The translations under genes were made by a program, and so were the position numbers. From the human T2T-CHM13v2.0 reference genome, Homo sapiens, in NCBI RefSeq assembly GCF_009914755.1, contig NC_060933.1: a stretch of 64,000 bases of DNA, one strand, 5' to 3'. The notes under the pieces were generated by a model. It searched no databases. It saw only the letters and a program-made list of their open reading frames with translations, and was not told where the DNA came from. Every line of letters begins with the position of its first letter. The stretch's first letter is position 1. Positions 28,001-42,800 of the stretch are shown in pieces.

Positions 28001-31000
28001 CTTTCCATTCCATTACGGATGATTCCATTCTATTGCATTCCATTCCATTCCATTCCCCTGTACTCCGGTTGATTCCATTCCATTGCATTCCAATCCATGC
28101 CCTTCCACTCGTGTTGATTCCATTCTTTCCATTCCATTCAAGTTGAATCCATTCCATTGCACTCCATTCCATTCGATTCCATTCGATTGCACTCGGGTTG
28201 ATTCCATTCCATTGCATTCCATTCCATTCCATTCCATTCCATTCCATTCCATTCCGTTCCATTCCATTCCATTACATTCGGATTGATTTTTTTCAATTCC
28301 CTTACAATCCATTACATTCCATTCCATTCGGGTAGTTTCCATTCCATTCCATTCCATTCCTCTCCATTCCATTGCACTCGGGTTGATTCCATTCCATTCC
28401 AATCCATTCCATTCCATTCCATTCCATTCCGTTCCGTTCCATTCCATTCCATTCCTTTCTATTCGGGTTAATTCCATTCCATTCCATTCCATTCCATTCC
28501 ATTCCATTCCATTCCATTCCAATCAATTTGATTCCATTCCATTCCATTCCATTCCATTCCACTCCATTCCAGTCCTTTCCATTCCATTCCACTCGGGTTG
28601 ATTCCAATGTATTCCTTTCCATTCCTTTCCATTCCTTTGCAATCGAATTGATTCCATTGCTTTGCATTCCATTCCATTCCATTACGGATGATTCCATTCC
28701 ATTGCATTGCATTCCATTCCATTCCCCTGCACTCGGGTTGATTCCATTCCATTCCACTCCATTCCGTTCCATTCCATTGTATTCGTGTTAATTCCATTCC
28801 ATTCCATTCCATTCCATTCCATTACAATCGAGTTGATTCCATTCCATTCCATTCCATTCCAGTCCTTTCCATTCCATTCCACTCGGGTTGATTCCATTCT
28901 ATTAGTTTCCATTCCATTCCATTCCCTTCCATTCCACTCTGGTTGCTTCCATTCCTTTCCATTCCACTCGAATACATTCCCTCCTATTCCACTCGGAACG
29001 ATTCCATTCCATTCCATTCCATTCCATTCCATTCCATTCCATTCCATTTCGTTCCATTCCATTCCATTCCGTATCATTCCATTCAATTCCATTCCATTCC
29101 ATTCCATTCCATTCCATTCCATTCCATTCCATTGTACTCAGGTTGATTCCATTCCATTGCATTCCATTCCATTCCATTCCATTCCATTCCGTTGCATTCC
29201 ATTCCATTACATTCGGATTGATTCTATTCAACTCCCTTACTCTCCATTACATTCCATTCCATTCGGGTTGTTCCATTCTATTCCATTCCATTACACTCCA
29301 TTCCATTGCACTCCGGTTGATTCCATTCCATTCCATTCCATTCCATTCCATTCCATTCCGGATGATTCCATTCCATTGCATTACGTTCCATTACATTCCC
29401 CTGCACTCGCGTTGATTCCATTCCATTCCATTCCATTCCATTCAATTCCATTCCATTACAATTCGCTCCATTCCATTCTATTCCGTACCATTCCATTCCA
29501 TTCCATACCATTCCATTCCATTCCATTCCATTCCATTCCGTTCCATTCCGTTCCATTCCATTCTATTCGGATTAATTCCATTCCATTCCATTCCATTCCA
29601 TTCTATACCATTCCATTGCAATCGAGTTGAATCCATTGCATTTCATTCCATTCCATTCCATTCCATTCCGGAAGATTCCATTAAATTGCATTCCATTCCA
29701 TTCCATTCCCCTGCACTCGCGTTGATTCCATTCCATTCCATTCCATTCCATTCCGTTCCGTTCCATTCCATTCCATTCCATTCCATTCCGTTCCGTTCTA
29801 TTCCATTCCATTCCATTCTATTCGGGTTAATTGCATTCCATTCCATTCTATTGCAATCGAGTTGATTCAATTCCATTCCATTCCATTCCATTCCGTTCCA
29901 TTCCATTCCTTTCCATTCCATTACGGATGATTCCATTCCATTGCATTCCATTCCATTCCATTCCCCTGTACTCGGGTTGATTCCATTCCATTCCATTCCA
30001 ATCCATGCCATTCCACTCGTGTTGATTCCATTCTTTCCATTCCATTCAAGTTGAATCCATTCCATTGCATTCCATTCCATTCGATTCCATTCGATTGCAC
30101 TCGGGTTGATTCCATTCCATTGCATTCCATTCCATTCCATTCCATTCCATTCCATTCCATTCCATTCCGTTCCATTCCATTTCATTACATTCAGATTGAT
30201 TCTATTCAATTCCCTTACACTCCATTATATTCCAATCCATTCTGGTTGTTTCCATTCCATTCCATTCCATTTCACTCCATTCCATTTCTCTCGGGTTGAT
30301 TCCATTCTATTCCATTCCATTTCATTCCATTCCATTCCATTCCGGATGATTCCATTCCATTGCATTACTTTCCATTCCATTCCCCTGCACTCGGGTTGAT
30401 TCCATTCCATTCCATTCCATTACATTCCGTTCCATTCCATTCCATTCCATTCGGATTGATTCTATTCAATTCCCTTACACTCCATTACATTCCATTCCAT
30501 TCGGGTAGTTTCCTTTCCATTCCATTCCATTCCTCTCCATTCCATTGCACTCGGGTTGATTCCATTCCATTCCATTCCATTACATTACATTGCATTACAT
30601 TACATTCCGTTCCATTGTACTCGGGTTGATTCCATTCCATTGCATTCCATTCCATTCCATTCAATTCCATTCCATTCCATTCCATTCCATTCCATTACAT
30701 TCGGATTGATTTTATTCAACTCCCTAACTCTCCATTCCATTCCATTCCATTCCATTCAATTCCATTCCGTTCCATTCCATTCCATTACATTCGGATTGAT
30801 TCTATTCAACTCCCTTACTCTCCATTACATTCGATTCCATTCGGGTTGTTCCATTCCATTCCATTCCATTCCACTCCATTCCATTGCACTCGGGTTGATT
30901 CCATTCCATTCCATTCCATTCCGGAAGATTCCATTCCATTACATTCCATTACATTCCATTCCCCTGCACTCGTGTTGATTCCATTCCATTCCATTCCATT

Positions 31001-34000
31001 CCATTCCATTCAATTCCATTCCTTTCCGTTCCATTCCATTCCATTCCATTCCGTTCCGTTCCACTAGAGTTGATTCCATTCCATTCCATTCCATTGCATT
31101 CCATTCCATGCCATTCCACTCGGGTTGATTCCATTCCATTCCATTCCATTCCATTCCATTCCATTCCATTCCTTTCCCCTGCACTCGGGTTGATTCCATT
31201 CCATTCCATTCCATTTAATTCCATTCCATTCCACTCCATACCATTCCATTCCAATCCGTTCCATTCCATTCCATTCTATTCCATTGCAATCGACTTGATT
31301 CCATTCCATTCCATTCTATTCCATTCCATTCCATTCCATTCCATTCCATTCCATTCCATTTTGTTCCAATCCATTCTATTCCGAACCATTCCATTCCATT
31401 CCATTCCATTCCATTCCATTCCATGCCATTCCACTCGGGTTGATTCCATTCCTTTCCATTCCATTCGGGTAGAATCCAATCCACTCCATTCCATTCCATT
31501 CGAATCCATTCCATTGCACTCGGGTTGATTCCATTCCATTCCATTCCATTCGATTCCATTCCATTCCATTCCATTCCGTTCGATTCCATTTCATTACATT
31601 CAGATTGATTCTATTCAATTCCCTTACACTCCATTATATTCCAATCCATTCTGGTTGTTTCCATTCCATTCCATTCCATTTCACTCCATACCATTGCACT
31701 CGGTTTGATTCCATTCCATTCCATTCTATTCCATTCCGGATGATTCCATTCCATTGCATTCCATTCCATTCCATTCCCCTGCAGTCAGGTTGATTCCATT
31801 GCATTCCATTCCACTCCATTCGGTTCCGTTCCATTCCATTCTATTGCATTCCATTCTATTCGGGTTAATTCCATTCCATTCTATTCCATTCCATTCCATT
31901 CCATTCCATTGCAATGGAGTTGATTCCATTCCATTCCATTCCATTCCGGATGATTCCATTCCATTGCATTCCATTCCATTCCATTCCCCTGCACTCGTGT
32001 TGATTCCATTACCTTCCATTCCATTCCATTCCGTTCCATTCCATTGCATTCCATTCTATTCCAGTTAATTCCATTCCATTCCATTCCATTCCATTCCATT
32101 CCATTCCATTGCAATCGAGTTGATTCCATTCCATTCCTTTCCATTCCATTCCATTGCCTTGCATTCCACTCGGGTTGATTCCATTCCCTTCATACCACTC
32201 CATTACATTCCCTTCCATTCCACTCGGAATGATTGATTCCATTCCATTCCATTCCATTTCATTCCGTTGCAATCCATTCCAATCTATTCCATTCCATTCC
32301 ATTCCACTCGAGTTGATTTCATTCCATTCCTTTCCATTCCATTCCATTCCTTTCCACTCGAGTTGATTCCATTCCATTCTATTCCATTGCATTCCATTCC
32401 ATGCCATTCCACTCGGGTTGATTCCATTCCTTTGCATTCCATTCTATTCCATTCTATTCCATTCCATTCCATTCCATTCCATTCCGTTGCATTCCATTCC
32501 ATTACATTCGGATTGATTCTATTCAACTCCCTTACTCTCCATTACATTCCATTCCATTCGGGTTGTTCCATTCCATTGCATTCCATTCCACTCCATTCCA
32601 TTGCACTCGGGTTGATTCCATTCCATTCCATTCCATTCCATTCCATTCCATTCCATTCCATTCCGGATGATTCCATTCCATTGCATTCCGTTCCATTACA
32701 TTCCCCTGCACTCGCGTTGATTCCATTCCATTCCATTCCATTCCATTCAATTCCATTCTATTACAATTCGTTCCATTCCATTCTATTCCGTACCATTCCA
32801 TTCCATTCCATACCATTCCATTGCATGCCATTCCATTCCATTCCATTCCGTTCCATTCCGTTCCATTCCATTCCATTCCATTCTATTCGGGTTAATTCCA
32901 TTCCATTCCATTCCATTCCATTCTATTCCATTCCATTGCAATCGAGTTGAATCTATTGCATTTCATTCCATTCCATTCCATTCCATTCCATTCCATTCCG
33001 GAAGATTCCATTCCATTGCATTCCATTCCATTCCATCTCCCTGCACTCGCGTTGATTCCATTCCATTCCATTCCATTCCATTCCATTCCGTTCCGTTCCG
33101 TTCCGTTCCGTTCCATTCCATTCCATTCCATTCCATTCCGTTCCGTTGCATTCCATTCCATTCCATTCTATTCGGGTTAATTCCATTCCATTCCATTCGA
33201 TTGCAATCGTGTTGATTCCGTTCCATTCCATTCCATTCCATTCCATTCCATTGCATTCCATTCCATTCCATTCCCCTGTACTTGGGTTGATTCCATTCCA
33301 TTGCATTCCAATCCATGCCCTTCCACTCGTGTTGATTCCATTCTTTCCATTCCATTCAAGTTGAATCCATTCGATTGCATTCCATTCCATTCGATTCCAT
33401 TCGATTGCACACGGGTTGATTCCATTCCATTGCATTCCATTGCATTCCATTCCATTACATTCCATTCCGTTCCTTTCCATTCCATTACATTCGGATTGAT
33501 TCTATTCAATTCCCTTACACTCCATTACATTCCATTCCATTCGGGTAGTTTCCATTCCATTCCATTCCATTCCTCTCCATTCCATTGCACTCGGGTTGAT
33601 TCCATTCTATTGCATTCCATTCCATTCAATTCCATTCCCTTCCATTCCATTCCATTCCATTACATTCGGATTGATTCTATTCAACTCCCTTAGTCTCCAT
33701 TACATTCCATTCCATTCGGGATGTTCCATGCCATTCCATTCCATTCCACTCCATTCCATTGCACTCGGGTTTATTCCATTCCATTCCATTCCATTCCATT
33801 CAATTCCATTCCATTCCGGAAGATTCCATTCCAGTGCATTCCATTCCATTCCATTCCCCTGCACTCGCGTTGATTCCATTCCATTCCATTCCATTCCATT
33901 CCATTCCATTCCATTCCTTTCCGTTCCATTCCATTCCATTCCATTCCATTCCATTCCATTCCATTCCGTTCCGTTCCGTTCCATTCCATTCCATTCCATT

Positions 34001-37000
34001 CTATTCGGGTTAATTCCATTCCATTCCATTCGATTGCAATCGAGTTGATTCCATTGCATTCCATTCCATTCCATTCCATTCCATTCCATTCCATTCCTTT
34101 CCATTCCATTACGGATGATTCCATTCCATTGCATTCCATTCCATTCCATTCCCCTGTACTCGGGTTGATTCCATTCCATCCCATTCCAATCCATGCCATT
34201 CCACTCGTGTTGATTCCATTCTTTCCATTCCATTCAAGTTGAATCCATTCCATTGCATTCCATTGCATTCGATTACATTCGATTGCACTCGGTTTGATTC
34301 CATTCCATTGTATTCCATTCCATTCCATTACATTCCATTCCATTCCATTTCATTACATTCAGATTGATTCTATTCAATTCCCTTACATTCCATTATATTC
34401 CAATCCATTCTGGTTGTCTCCATTCCATTCCATTCCATTTCACTCCATTCCATTGCACTCGGGTTGATTCCATTCCATTCCATTCCATTGCATTCCATTC
34501 CATTCCATTCCGGATGATTCCATTCCATTGCATTCCATTCCATTCCATTCCCCTGCACTCGGGTTGATTCCATTCCATTCCATTCCATTACATTCCGTTC
34601 CATTCCATTCCATTCCATTCGGATTGATTCTATTCAATTCCCTTACACTCCATTACATTCCATTCCATTCGGGTAGTTTCCATTCCATTCCATTCCATTC
34701 CTCTCCATTCCATTGCACTCGGGTTGATTCCATTCCATTCCATTCCATTCCATTCCATTCCATTCCATTCCATTCCATTCCATTCCGTTCCATTGTACTC
34801 GGGTTGATTCCATTCCATTGCATTCCATTCCATTCCATTCCATTCCATTCCATTCCATTCCATTCCATTCCATTACATTCGGATTGATTCTATTCAACTC
34901 CCTTACTCTCCATTACATTCCATTCCATTCGGGTTGTTCCATTCCATTCCATTCCATTCCACTGCATTCCATTGCGCTCGGGTTGATTCCATTCCATTAC
35001 ATTCCGTTCCATTCCATTCCATTCCGGATGATTCCATTCCATTGCATTCCGTTCCATTACATTCCCCTGCACTCGGGTTGATTCCATTCCATTACATTCC
35101 ATTCCATTCGATACCATTCCATTCCAATTCTTTCCATTCCATTCTATTCCTTACCATTCCATTCCATTCCGTACAATTCCATTCCATTCCATTCCACTCC
35201 GTTCCGTTCCGTTCCGTTCTGTTCCGTTCCATTCCATTCCATTCCATTCTATTCGGTTTAATTCCATTCCATTCCATTCCATTCCATTCTATTCTATTCC
35301 ATTCCATTGCAATCGAGTTGAATCCATTGCATTCCATTCCATTCCATTCCATTCCATTCCATTCCATTCCATTCCATTCCGGAAGATTCCATTCCATTGC
35401 ATTCCATTCCATTCCATTCCTTTCCATTCCATTCCATTCCATTCCATTCCATTGTACTCGGGTTGATTCCATTCCATTGCATTCCATTCCATTCCATTCC
35501 ATTCCATTCCATTCCGTTCCATTCCATTCCATTCCATTCGGATTGATTCTTTTCAACTCGCTTACTCTCCATTCCATTCCATTCCATTCGGGTTGTTCCA
35601 TTCCATTCCATTCCATTCCACTCCATTCCATTGCACTCGTGTTGATTTCATTCCATTCCATTCCATTCCATTCCGGATGATTCCATTCCATTGCATTCCG
35701 TTCCATTACATTCCCCTGCACTCGGGTTGTTTCCATTCCATTCCTTTCCGTTCCATTCGATTCCATTCCATTCCCCTGTACTCGGATTTATTCCATTCCA
35801 TTCATTTCCGTTCCATTCGATTCCATTCCATTCCCCTGCACTCGCGTTGATTCCATTCCATTCCATTCCATTCCTTTCAATTCCATTCCATTACAATTCG
35901 TTCCATTCCATTCTATTCCGTACCATTCCATTCCATTCCATACCATTCCATTCCATTCCATTCCATTCCATTCCATTCCGTTCCATTCCGTTCCATTCCA
36001 TTCCATTCCATTCTATTCGAATTAATTCCATTCAATTCCATTCCATTCCATTTTATTCCATTCCATTGCAATCGAGTTGAATCCATTTCATTTCATTCCA
36101 TTCCATTCCATTCCATTCCATTCAGGAAGATTCCATTCCATTGCATTCCATTCCATTCCATTCCCCTGCACTCGCGTTGATTCCATTCCATTCCATTCCA
36201 TTCCATTCCATTCCGTTCCGTTCCATTCCATTCCATTCCATTCTATTCGGGTTAATTCCATTCCATTCCATTCGATTGCAATCGAGTTGATTCCATTCCA
36301 TTCCATTCCATTCCATTCCATTCCTTTCCATTCCATTACGGATGATTCTATTCCATTGCATTCCATACCATTCCATTCCCCTATAGTCGGGTTGATTCCA
36401 TTCCATTCCATTCCAATCCATGCCATTCCACTCGTGTTGATTCCATTCTTTCCATTCCATTCAAGTTGAATCCATTCCATTGCATTCCATTCCATTCAAT
36501 TACATTCCATTGCACTCGGGTTGATTCCATTCAATTCCATTCCATTTCTTTCCATTCCATTCCATTCCGGATGATTCCATTCCATTCCATTCCATTCCAT
36601 TCCATTCCATTCCCCTGCAGTCGGGTTGATTCCATTCCATTCCATTCCATTCCATTCCATTCCATTCCGTTCCATTCCATTCCATTCCATTCTATTCGGG
36701 TTAATTCCATTCCATTCCATTCCATTCCATTCCATTCCATTCCATTCCAATCGAGTTGATTCCATTCCATTCCATTCCATTCCATTCCACTCCATTCCAG
36801 TCCTTTCCATTCCATTACACTCGGGTTGATTCCATTCTATTCCTTTCCATTCCATTCCATTCCATTGCAATCGAGTTGATTCCATTGCTTTGCATTCCAT
36901 TCCATTCCATTCCATTCCGGATGATTCCATTCCATTGCATTCCATTCCATTCCATTCCCCTGCAATCGTGTTGATTCCATTCCATTCCACTCCATTCCGT

Positions 37001-39734
37001 TCCATTCCATTCCATTCCATTGTATTCGGGTTAATTCCATTCCATTCCATTCCATTCCATTCCATTACAATCGAGTTGATTCCATTCCATTCAATTCCAT
37101 TGCATTCCATTCCATTCCAGTCCTTTCCATTCCATTCCACTCGGGTTGATTCCATTCTATTAGTTTCCATTCCATTCCATTCCCTTCCATTCCACTCTGG
37201 TTGATTCCATTCCTTTCCATTCCACTCGAACACATTCCCTCCTATTCCACTCGGAACGATTCCATTCCATTCTATTCCATTCCATTCCATTCCATTCCAT
37301 TCCATTCCAGTTCGTTCCATTCCATTCTATTCCGTACCATTCCATTCCATTCCATTCCTTTCCATTCCATTCCTTTCCACTCGTGTTGATTCCATTCCTT
37401 TCCATTCCATTCGGTTTGAAGGCATTCCATTCCATTCAATTCCATTCCATTCCATTCAATTCCATTCCATTCTATTCCATTCCATTGCAATCGAGTTGAA
37501 TCCATTGCCTTTCATTCCATTCCATTCCATTCCATTCCATTCCGGAAGATTCCATTCCATTACATTCCATTCCATTCCATTCCCCTGCACTCGCGTTGAT
37601 TCCATTCCATTCCATTCCATTCCATTCCGTTCCGTTCCATTCCATTCCATTCCATTCCATTCTGTTCCGTTCCGTTCCATTCCATTCCATTCCATTCTAT
37701 TCGGGTTAATTCCATTCCATTCCATTCGATTGCCATCGAGTTGATTCCATTCCATTCCATTCCATTCCATTCCATTCCATTCCATTCCATTCCTTTCCAT
37801 TCCATTACGGATGACTCCATTCCATTGCTTTCCATTCCATTCCATTCCTCTGTACTCGGGTTGATTCCATTCCATTCCATTCCACTCCATTCGGTTCCGT
37901 TGCATTCCATTCTATTGCATTCCATTCTATTCGGGTTAATTCCATTCCATTCTATTCCATTCCATTCCATTCCATTCCATTGCAATGGAGTTTATTCCAT
38001 TCCATTCCATTCCATTCCGGATGATTCCATTCCATTGCATTCCATTCCATTCCATTCCCCTGCACTCGTGTTGATTCCATTCCCTTCCATTCCATTCCAT
38101 TCCGTTCCATTCCATTCCATTCCATTCGATTCCGGTTAATTCCATTCCATTCCATTCCATTCCATTCCATTCAATTCCATTCCATTCCATTGCAATCGGG
38201 TTGATTCCATTCCATTCCTTTCCATTCCATTCCATTGCCTTGCATTCCACTCGGGTTGATTCCATTCCCTTCTTTCTACTCCATTACATTCCCTTCCATT
38301 CCACTCGGAATGATTGATTCCATTCCATTCCATTCCATTTCATTCCATTGCAATCCATTCCAATCCATTCCATTCCATTCCATTCCACTCGAGTTGACTT
38401 CATTCCATTCCTTTCCATTCCATTCCATTCCTTTCCACTCGAGTTGATTCCATTACATTCCAATCCATTGCAATCCATTCCATGCCATTTCACTCGGGTT
38501 GATTCCATGCCTTTGCATTCCATTCCATTCCATTCCATTGCATTCCATTCCATTCCATTCCGTTGCATTCGATTCCATTACATTCGGATTGATTCTATTC
38601 AACTCCCTTACTCTCCATTACATTCCATTCCATTCGGGTTGTTCCATTCTATTCCATTCCATTCCACTCCATTCCATTGCACTCGGGTTGATTCCATTCC
38701 ATTCCATTCCATTCCATTCCATTCCATTCCGGATGATTCCATTCCATTGCATTCCGTTCCATTACATTCCCCTGCACTCGGGTTGATACCATTCCATTCC
38801 ATTCCATTCCATTCCATTCCATTCCATTCCGGATGATTCCATTCCATTCCATTCCATTCCATTCCATTCCCCTGCACTCGGGTTGATTACATTCCATTTC
38901 CTTCCCTTCCATTCCTTTCCATTCAATTCCATTCCATTCTATTCGGGTGAATTCCATTCCATTCCATTCCATTCCATTCCATTCCATTCCATTCCATTCC
39001 ATTGCAATCGAGTTGATTCCATTCCATTCCATTCCATTCCGTTCCGGATGATTCCATTCCATTCCATTCCATTCCATTCCATTCCCCTGCAGTCGGGTTG
39101 ATTCCATTCCATTCCATTCCATTCCATTCGATTCCATTCCGTTCCGTTCCATTCCATTCCATTCCATTCTATTTCGGTTAATTCCATTCCATTCCATTCC
39201 ATTCCATTCCATTCCATTCCAATCGAGTTGATTCCATACCCTTCCATTCCATTCCACTCCATTCCATTCTGGATGATTCCATTCCGTTTCATTCCGTTCC
39301 ATTACATTCCCCTGCACTCGCGTTGATTCCATTCCATTCCATTCCATTCCATTCCATTCCATTCCATTCCATTCAATTCCATTCCATTACAATTCGTTCC
39401 ATTCCATTCTATTCCGTACCATTCCATTCCATTCCATACCATTCCATTCCATTCCGTTCCATTCCATTCCGTTCCATTCCGTTCCATTCCATTCCATTCC
39501 ATTCTATTCGGATTAATTCCATTCCATTCCATTCCATTCCATTCTATTCCATTCCATTGCAATCGAGTTGAATCCATTGCATTTCATTCCATTCCATTCC
39601 ATTCCGGAAGATACCATTCCATTACATTCCATTCCATTCCATTCCCCTGCACTCGCGTTGATTCCATTCCATTCCATTCCGTTCCATTCCATTCCATTCC
39701 ATTCCATTCCATTCCGTTCCGTTGCATTCCATTC

Positions 39735-39880
39735 CATTCCATTCTATTCGGGTTAATTCCATTCCATTTCATTCGATTGCAATCGAGTTGATTCCATTCC
39801 ATTCCATTCCATTCTATTCGGGTTAATTCCATTCCATTTCATTCGATTGCAATCGAGTTGATTCCATTCCATTCCATTCC
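39735..39880 (-). repeat. 70-bp tandem duplication
   Basis: ATTCTATTCGGGTTAATTCCATTCCATTTCATTCGATTGCAATCGAGTTG at 39741 and 39811; both copies carry the rare CATTTC variant. Confidence 0.9.
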
Positions 39881-42800
39881 ATTCCATTCCATTCCATTCC
39901 ATTCCTTTCCTTTCCATTCCATTACGGATGATTCCATTCCATTGCATTCCATTCCATTCCATTCCCCTGTACTCGGGGTGATTCCATTCCATTCCATTCC
40001 ATTACATTCCGTTCCATTCCATTCCATTCCATTCGGATTTATTCTATTCAACTCCCTTACTCTCCATTTCATTCCATTCCATTCGGGTTGTTCCATTCCA
40101 TTCCATTCCATTCCACTCCATTCCATTGCACTCGGGTTTATTCCATTCCATTCCATTCCATTCCGGATGATTCCATTCCATTGCATTCCGTTCCATTACA
40201 TTCCCCTGTACTCGCGTTGATTCCATTCCATTCCATTCCATTCCTTTCAATTCCATTCCATTACAATTCGTTCCATTCCATTCTATTCCGTACCATTCCA
40301 TTCCATTCCATACCATTCCATTCCATTCCATTCCATTCCATTCCGTTCCATTCCATTAAATTCCATTCTATTCGAATTAATTCCATTCAATTCCATTCCA
40401 TTCCATTCTATTCCATTCCATTGCAATCGAGTTGAATCCATTGCATTTCATTCCATTCCATTCCATTCCATTCCATTCCGGAAGATTCCATTCCATTGCA
40501 TTCCATTCCATTCCATTCCCCTGCATTCCGGTTGATTCCATTCCATTCCACTCCATTCCGTTCCATTCCATTCCATTCCATTTTATTCGGGTTAATTCCA
40601 TTCCATTCCATTCCATTCCATTCCATTCCATTCCATTACAATCGAGTTGATTCCATTCCATTCCATTCCATTCCATTCCATTCCAGTCCTTTCCATTCCA
40701 TTCCACTTGGGTTGATTCCATTCTATTAGTTTCCCTTCCATTCCATTCCCTTCCATTCCACTCTGGTTGATTCCATTCCTTTCCATTCCACTCGAATACA
40801 TTCCCTCCTATGCCACTCGGAGCGATTCCATTTCATTCCATTCCATTCCATTCCATTCCATTCCAGTTCGTTCCATTCCATTCTATTCCGTACCATTCCA
40901 TTCCATTCCTTTCCTTTCCATTCCATTCTTTTCCACTCGTGTTGATTCCATTCCTTTCCATTCCATTCGGTTTGAAGGCATTCCATTCCATTCAATTCCA
41001 TTCCATTCCATTCCATTCCATTCCATTCTATTCCATTCCATTGCAATCGAGTTGAATCCATTGCCTTTCACTCCATTCCATTCCATTCCATTCCATTCCG
41101 GAAGATTCCATTCCATTCCATTCCATTCCATTCCATTCCCCTGCACTCGCGTTGATTCCATTCCATTCCATTCCATTCCATTCCGTTCCATTTCATTCCA
41201 TTCCATTCCATTATGTTCCGTTCCATTCCATTCCATTCCATTCTATTCGGGTTAATTCCATTCCATTCCATTCGATTGCCATCGAGTTGATTCCATTCCA
41301 TTCCATTCCATTCCATTCCATTCCATTCCATTCCTTTCCATTCCATTACGGATGACTCCATTACATTGCATTCCATTCCATTCCATTCCACTGTACTCGG
41401 GTTGATTCCATTCCATTCCATTCCACTCCATTCGGTTCCGTTGCATTCCATTCTATTGCATTCCATTCTATTCGGGTTAATTCCATTCCATTCTATTCCA
41501 TTCCATTCCATTCCATTCCATTGCAATGGAGTTGATTCCATTCCATTCCATTCCATTCCGGATGATTCCATTCCATTGCATTCCATTCCATTCTATTCCC
41601 CTGCACTCGTGTTGATTCCATTCCATTCCATTCCGTTCCATTCCATTCCATTCCATTCTATTCCGGTTAATTCCATTCCATTCCATTCCATTCCATTCCA
41701 TTCCATTCCATTCCATTGCAATCGAGTTGTTTCCATTCCATTCCTTTCCATTCCATTCCATTGCCTTGCATTCCACTCGGGTTGATTCCATTCCCTTCTT
41801 TCCACTCCATTACATTCCCTTCCATTCCACTCAGAATGATTGATTCCATTCCACTCCATTCCATTCCATTCCATTGCAATCCATTCCAATCCATTCCATT
41901 CCATTCCATTCCACTCGAGTTGACTTCATTCCATTCCTTTCCATTCCATTCCATTCCTTTCCACTCGAGTTGATTCGATTCCATTCCAATCCATTGCATT
42001 CCATTCCATGCCATTCCACTCGGGTTGATTCCATTCCTTTGCATTCCATTCCATTCCATTCCATTGCATTCCATTCAATTCCATTCCGTTGCATTCCATT
42101 CCATTACATTCGGATTGATTCTATTCAACTCCCTTACTCTCCATTACATTCCATTCCATTCGGGTTGTTCCATTCCATTCCATTCCATTCCCCTCCATTC
42201 CATTGCACTCGGGTTGATTCCATTCCATTCCATTCCATTGCATTCCATTCCGGATGATTCCATTCCATTGCATTCCGTTCCATTACTTTCCCCTGCACTC
42301 GGGTTGATTCCATTCCATTCCATTCCATTCCATTCCATTCCATTCCTTTCCATTCCAGTCCTTTCCATTCCATTCCACTCGGGTTGATTCCATTCTATTA
42401 GTTTCCATTCCATTCCATTCCCTTCCATTCCACTCTGGTTGATTCCATTCCTTTCCATTCCACTCGAATACATTCCCTCCTATTCCACTCGGAACGATTC
42501 CATTCCATTCCATTCCATTCCATTCCATTCCATTCCATTCCATTCCATTCCATTTCGTTCCATTCCATTCTATTCCGTATCATTCCATTCCATTCCATTC
42601 CATTCCATTTAATTCCACTCGTGTTGATTTCATTCCTTTCCATTCCATTCGGTTTGAAGGCATTCCATTCCATTCCATTCCATTCCATTCCTTTCCAGTC
42701 CATTCCATTCCATTGTACTCGGGTTGATTGCATTCCATTGCATTCCATTCCATTCCATTCCGTTGCATTCCATTCCATTACATTCGGATTGATTCTATTC

